Assembly (NCBI GenBank): GCA_965222225.1
Contig: CBDCTK010000002.1
Location: forward strand, 3,104,001-3,168,000
Source: Candidatus Poribacteria bacterium
GTDB taxonomy: Bacteria; Poribacteria; WGA-4E; JAJDTR01
DNA: 64,000 bases
Direction: 5' to 3'
The translations under genes and the position numbers were made by a program. Of this stretch, positions 60,170 through 64,000 are shown in pieces (within the stretch, counting starts at the first letter, position 1; each line of letters starts with the position of its first letter). The notes below the pieces were generated by a model, which saw nothing but the letters and a program-made list of their open reading frames with translations, did not search any database and was not told where the DNA came from.

Positions 60170-61060
60170 ATGGGTACAAACATTCTTGATGGGCTCCTAT
60201 ACTACCTATCGCACTTGGGACGGTTAAGTTTGGAAAAATTCAAAGATGCGGCCAAGAATCTCACTGAAGGACAGCCCCGGTTTAAAGATTCCACATACCT
60301 GAACACACTCGCACGACTAGGCCATCTTGATTATGACCCAATGAAACTAGACCGTCGTATTGTTATTGCGCCTTCCGTTCTCGTTGAAACAGCCGTGAAG
60401 GATCGGTATGTTTTCGTTGGAAGTCGAACTCCCGATTTTCTTGAAGAAATTGAAAGGTGCATTTCCGAAGCAGGCGGAAAATTGGAAAGGATTTCAGAAC
60501 AATATGCTCCAACCTCAATTGTGTTAAGCGAGTTGTCAGAAACTTCATTCGCGGAAATCGAGAGTTTGGGCATTCACATCAGTTGCGCATTTTCGGCGAG
60601 ACTTTCAAGCATACTACCATCTCCAGAACGCACCAGTTTTTTGAAAGATGAAGTTCTGCTTCCCGATTCAATCAACAGATTCAATATCAGAACCTTGGAG
60701 TACGAATCTGATAACTACTCATTGCGTAGCGACGGGCTTTACGAAATCCCTAAATTTGGCCGGAATGTCTACGTCTTGAAATCTGGCACCGACCAACGCA
60801 TTGTCCCACGCGACTGGGGAGAGTGGCTGTTTCTTAATAGCCGCAGTAGAACGGTAGGATTAATCTCGTATGAACGCCAATCTCAAACCTGGTGCGTCAA
60901 TAGGAAGTTGCATGTACCACTAACATTGGATCGGTGTGCAACGCTCTGTTCAGGATTCCCTCCACAATTGAGAGACGATTTGTTTTGCTATGCGGACGTG
61001 CCAGCCGGCATAGCATACCGTTTGACTAAAGCGCTTTATCAGAATTGGGAGGTGGTTTGA
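60170..61060 (+). CDS. Druantia-associated protein (DruD / DruH-C-terminal-like)
   Basis: 'LARLGHLDY...IAPSVLV...VGSRT' and 'RCATLCSGFPP...YADVP'; its stop overlaps the helicase start (TGATG). Confidence 0.5.
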   Translation: MGTNILDGLLYYLSHLGRLSLEKFKDAAKNLTEGQPRFKDSTYLNTLARLGHLDYDPMKLDRRIVIAPSVLVETAVKDRYVFVGSRTPDFLEEIERCISEAGGKLERISEQYAPTSIVLSELSETSFAEIESLGIHISCAFSARLSSILPSPERTSFLKDEVLLPDSINRFNIRTLEYESDNYSLRSDGLYEIPKFGRNVYVLKSGTDQRIVPRDWGEWLFLNSRSRTVGLISYERQSQTWCVNRKLHVPLTLDRCATLCSGFPPQLRDDLFCYADVPAGIAYRLTKALYQNWEVV

Positions 61061-64000
61061 TGTCAGACCCGTTTGAAACGTATGATTTGCTCTGTGACTC
61101 CTATATTCGCTACATCCAGACGATTTTGGGCTTTAACAACAATAAGCTAGAAGAGGAACGTGACAAACTACTGCGGGAAAACGGGCTGCTTTTTCAAGCT
61201 CCACGTTTTGAACCTATCATGCCTTATCCCTCTTCGGGGCAACCGCTCTCGCAGTTATGCAACCATCTAGGCCTGGTCGCTGACATAGGTGATTTTCTCG
61301 CTCAGGGTGGAGATGACGGGCTTTCACCGAAAGACCGTCCACTCTATGAACACCAAGCCTCGGCTTTTGAATCGTCAGTGATTGACGGAAAGGATGTCGT
61401 TGTTACAACAGGCACAGGTTCCGGAAAGACAGAATGCTTTTTGCTACCGATTTTCAGTTATCTCATCAAAGAATCAACAAACTGGAACAGCCGTGGTCTA
61501 CGGAATGCAAATCATCCTTGGTGGCAAAGCCTTGAACGCAGAACAAGTGAGTATGTTCCACGGCGTCAAGGAGAAAACCGGCCTGCAGCCCTTCGCGCGC
61601 TAATATTGTATCCACTCAACGCGCTTGTTGAGGACCAACTTATGCGTCTACGGCGCGCTTGCGATAGTCCTGAAGCACGCCGCTGGCTCGATCGCCATCG
61701 GGGCGAGAATCGGTTTTACTTTGGTCGTTATACCAGTTTGACGCCGGTTTCAGGTCACAAAACTAGTAGAAACCTATCGAGACTCCAACGCCAACTGGAT
61801 CGGGCACACATGCAGGCTACAAAAGTACATGATTCCGAGGAAAAGCGCTTTTTCTTCCCGTCCACTGAGGTTGACACGGCTGAGATGTGGTCGCGTTGGG
61901 ACATGCAAAAATACCCGCCTGACATCTTGATTACGAACTATTCAATGCTGAACATCATGCTCATTCGCGACTTAGAAGAGCCGATGTTTGAAAACATCAA
62001 AAAATGGCTTGAACAACAGGACAGTCTTTTCCATCTTGTTGTTGATGAACTGCACTCATACCGTGGCACTGCAGGATCAGAGGTTGCCTATCTTCTTCGC
62101 ACCCTATTTGACCGCCTCGGCCTCGATCCCGATTCACCGAAGCTTCGAATCATCGCGTCAAGTGCTTCACTTGAAGATGATGAAGGACAAGGAGAAGAAG
62201 CACGAAAGTATCTTCGTCAATTCTTTGCCCGAAGAAAAGACTTTAGAATCATCGGTTCGCCGCTCCATCCCGATCGAAGTGTCGAACTTCAGAAATGTCT
62301 TAAACACACCGCACAATTCGAGAAGTTTGAGCGAGACAAAGATTCTACTCAGTTGGATAAGATTCTGAGCGAACTTGATATAAAATCTGCTGTGGCACAA
62401 CTTTGCCATCACAATGGGAAGTTGCACGCTTCAACGCTGGAAGAAATGGCAGAAAAAGCAAACGAAGCTACCTCGACACTGGTAACTGAACCTACCGTCC
62501 GCGGTCTTATTCGCTATCTAATCGAACAAAAAGATGTGACGACAAGTCAAGCCTTATTACCACTCCGCGTACACTACTTCTTCAAGAATTTTGAGGGATT
62601 GTGGGCATGCAGCAACCCGAATTGTCAAGGTGAAGGAAACCAGGCTCTTATTGGAACAATGTTTGCAAATCGGCGTGTTTTGTGTGATGAATGCGGTTCA
62701 CGAGTGCTAGAGTTGCTAATCTGCCAAACCTGCGGAGATTTATTCCATGGCGGCTACAAACAGTCAATTTCGGAGATTTCACCTGGCTGGTACCTAAGTG
62801 GTGATTCTCAAGAATTAGAGGGATTGCCTGAAAAAGGGATTAGAAATCGAAACTACGGAACGTACGCCATTTTTTGGCGGAGCAACGGGCGAACTCCCGA
62901 TTCACTTGAGTGGACGCAAGATAAGATCAAAAGACGATGGACACCGGCACAATTCTCTCCTTCCGAGGGAACGCTTATGCCCAATTCATATGACTACAAT
63001 GGCTACTTCTACAAAATTGACCGCCCGGATGAGTCATGTTCAGAGATTCCCAAGTATTGTCCATATTGCGGCGATGCATGGGCTTTCTCAGGGGAAAGGA
63101 TCATTGTTAACGGGAAAGAGCAGGTGTATTCCCCAATTCGTCATATGGGAACAGGTTTAGAAAAAGTAATCCAGATTCTCATCCAAACCCTGCAGACTAC
63201 TGTAAAATCGCAATCCAAACGAAAGACCATTATTTTCTCCGATAGCCGACAGGATGCGGCAAAACATGCCGTTGGAATTCAGTGGTCACATTATCAGGAC
63301 ATGATTCGGCTAATTGCGGTCAAGGCTATGCGAAAACATAGCGATAATAAAGATTTGAAAACCATTCGTGATTTTCAAAGAAAAAGGCTCGATTTTCGCG
63401 TTGTTCAAAAGGCAATTCGTAACTTGCGCGAAAAATTCCCAGATAAACGACAATTTCTTGATTCTCTTGAGGATGCTTTCGCTGACGAAGAGTCTCTGAC
63501 ATCAGATCAAGAAGGTCAACTTGCAGCACTAGAAAGCAATTATCCCTTCACGGCACTTCAGAAGGCGTGTTTTGATGAGTTCATCAATTTAGGCATGAAT
63601 CCCGGGGGGCATGGAAAGAATGTCGAAAATATTGACGAAGGACGTAACTGGGAGGCCCTCTGTGATTGGGAAAGCAATCCGGTAGCGCTGCGCCCAACAA
63701 GATTGCTTGAACGCCACCATGAACGCCTAATTATGAGAATAGAGTCTGAATTTAAGAGAATAATTACCGAACGGATTCTGTTTGCACGAAAGGACATGGG
63801 GCTGGAAGGACTTGGGCTCGCTTGGTGCGAACCCAGTATTGAAACTGGCATGTGGCCAATCGAAAAGATTAATCCCGTTGAAATGATGGCAGCAGTCACG
63901 CGAATTCTCGGCGAACGAAGATACACCGAGATATACCGTCCTTATGATGAACAACCGAGCATGCCAAAGTTTCTTGAGGATTACCTCGCGGGCTCTGCAG
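61060..64000 (+). CDS. Large DEAD/DEAH-box helicase, DruE-like, 3' truncated by the window edge (absent from the ORF track)
   Basis: ATG at 61060 and open to the end: TGTGSGKTECF, YPLNALVEDQ, PPDILITNYSML, DELH, SSAS, CxxC clusters and FSDSRQDAA. Confidence 0.88.
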   Translation, partial: MSDPFETYDLLCDSYIRYIQTILGFNNNKLEEERDKLLRENGLLFQAPRFEPIMPYPSSGQPLSQLCNHLGLVADIGDFLAQGGDDGLSPKDRPLYEHQASAFESSVIDGKDVVVTTGTGSGKTECFLLPIFSYLIKESTNWNSRGLRNANHPWWQSLERRTSEYVPRRQGENRPAALRALILYPLNALVEDQLMRLRRACDSPEARRWLDRHRGENRFYFGRYTSLTPVSGHKTSRNLSRLQRQLDRAHMQATKVHDSEEKRFFFPSTEVDTAEMWSRWDMQKYPPDILITNYSMLNIMLIRDLEEPMFENIKKWLEQQDSLFHLVVDELHSYRGTAGSEVAYLLRTLFDRLGLDPDSPKLRIIASSASLEDDEGQGEEARKYLRQFFARRKDFRIIGSPLHPDRSVELQKCLKHTAQFEKFERDKDSTQLDKILSELDIKSAVAQLCHHNGKLHASTLEEMAEKANEATSTLVTEPTVRGLIRYLIEQKDVTTSQALLPLRVHYFFKNFEGLWACSNPNCQGEGNQALIGTMFANRRVLCDECGSRVLELLICQTCGDLFHGGYKQSISEISPGWYLSGDSQELEGLPEKGIRNRNYGTYAIFWRSNGRTPDSLEWTQDKIKRRWTPAQFSPSEGTLMPNSYDYNGYFYKIDRPDESCSEIPKYCPYCGDAWAFSGERIIVNGKEQVYSPIRHMGTGLEKVIQILIQTLQTTVKSQSKRKTIIFSDSRQDAAKHAVGIQWSHYQDMIRLIAVKAMRKHSDNKDLKTIRDFQRKRLDFRVVQKAIRNLREKFPDKRQFLDSLEDAFADEESLTSDQEGQLAALESNYPFTALQKACFDEFINLGMNPGGHGKNVENIDEGRNWEALCDWESNPVALRPTRLLERHHERLIMRIESEFKRIITERILFARKDMGLEGLGLAWCEPSIETGMWPIEKINPVEMMAAVTRILGERRYTEIYRPYDEQPSMPKFLEDYLAGSA

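Overview
Bacterial accessory-metabolism region with a defence island at the right end. The gene content suggests Candidatus Poribacteria (inference): many PhyH-family dioxygenases, a Tat arylsulfatase, LamG and TolB-like secreted proteins sharing a C-terminal (A/S)VxxxxKLxxxWxxIK motif, and DUF6785-like membrane proteins. Also present are four GH32/GH130-like beta-propeller paralogues, oxidoreductases, alanine racemase, a GT-C glycosyltransferase, two near-identical IS1595-family copies, one IS5-family element, a MITE-like element, GTAG-type REP hairpins and about eight pseudogenes. The defence island is a Druantia-like four-gene operon ending in a large DEAD/DEAH helicase that runs off the window. 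The most striking unexplained signal is a 36-nt dispersed element with at least 10 full copies between 1.4 and 28.1 kb. Its copies diverge in sequence but keep a hairpin through compensatory base changes (39 of 40 variable pairs intact by hand alignment). It shows no target duplication, sits inside REP hairpins, nests inside itself, and in one case adds 24 amino acids in frame to a protein. All calls come from reading the sequence; no searches were run.
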